A stretch of DNA of 64,000 bases from Phaeosaccion multiseriatum (Eukaryota > Protista > Ochrophyta, other classes), in NCBI GenBank assembly GCA_965112735.1, contig OZ218962.1:2046001-2110000 (forward strand), written 5' to 3'. The notes beneath the pieces were generated by a model. That model saw nothing but the letters and a program-made list of their open reading frames with translations, was not told where the DNA came from and made no database searches. Every line of letters begins with the position of its first letter. The stretch's first letter is position 1. Made by a program: the position numbers and the translations under genes. This document shows positions 63,812 through 64,000 of the stretch, piece after piece.

Positions 63812-63833
63812 TTAATGACCCTAATGACCCCAC

Positions 63834-64000
63834 GGAACGCCTGAAAGCGATCCCACAGCAGGACGAACGGGAGAAGGGCCTGGCCGAGCCCTCAGCCACA
63901 GTGTGAAGGGGGCTGGTGGTTGGCTTCTTCTTCAGCCGACCAAGAAGGCAGGGGGAGCACTCCACCTCACGGATGCCGAACATAAGAGTGCCATTCAGAG
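63834..64000 (+). mobile_element. Second, more truncated and frameshifted copy of the RLE retrotransposon (runs off the window)
   Basis: Matches the reverse complement of ~54477-54643 (ERLKAIPQQD...SHSVKGAG.WL.LQPTKKAGGALHLTDAEHKSAI), with a 1-nt deletion near 63885. Confidence 0.9.

Overview
Intron-dense eukaryotic nuclear DNA, most likely a photosynthetic stramenopile (ochrophyte). This is inferred from ASAF-type bipartite plastid-targeting N-termini and the gene set. Most ORFs in the supplied track are microsatellite artefacts, so the genes were assembled by hand from GT-AG exons. They are: a FAM210/DUF1279-like plastid protein, a very divergent Hsp70, MCM2 (24 exons), a plastid-targeted hypothetical protein, a PPR protein, uridine kinase, an intronless 7-TM protein resembling the gustatory-receptor-like/DUF3537 superfamily, a repeat-expanded Beclin-1/ATG6, RPN1/PSMD2, a bZIP factor, an unknown multi-pass membrane protein and an intronless FAD monooxygenase. 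Mobile DNA comprises two 5'-truncated copies of an RLE (CRE-like) non-LTR retrotransposon (one ending in an 82-bp perfect fold-back), a Ty1/copia 3' relic and a MITE-like element. Four signals stand out. (1) A ~50-bp sequence occurs three times: at the 3' junction of one retroelement copy, at the 5' junction of the other, and once alone. The last two occurrences also sit upstream of intronless genes, which suggests a site-specific target or mobile promoter system. (2) A 15-mer, CAGTTGGTGATACAG, is dispersed through introns and through exons in different reading frames. (3) Introns are polarised G-rich to C-rich and carry mutually complementary motif families. (4) One gene is a candidate chemoreceptor-like channel. 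All family assignments come from motif recognition, not database searches.
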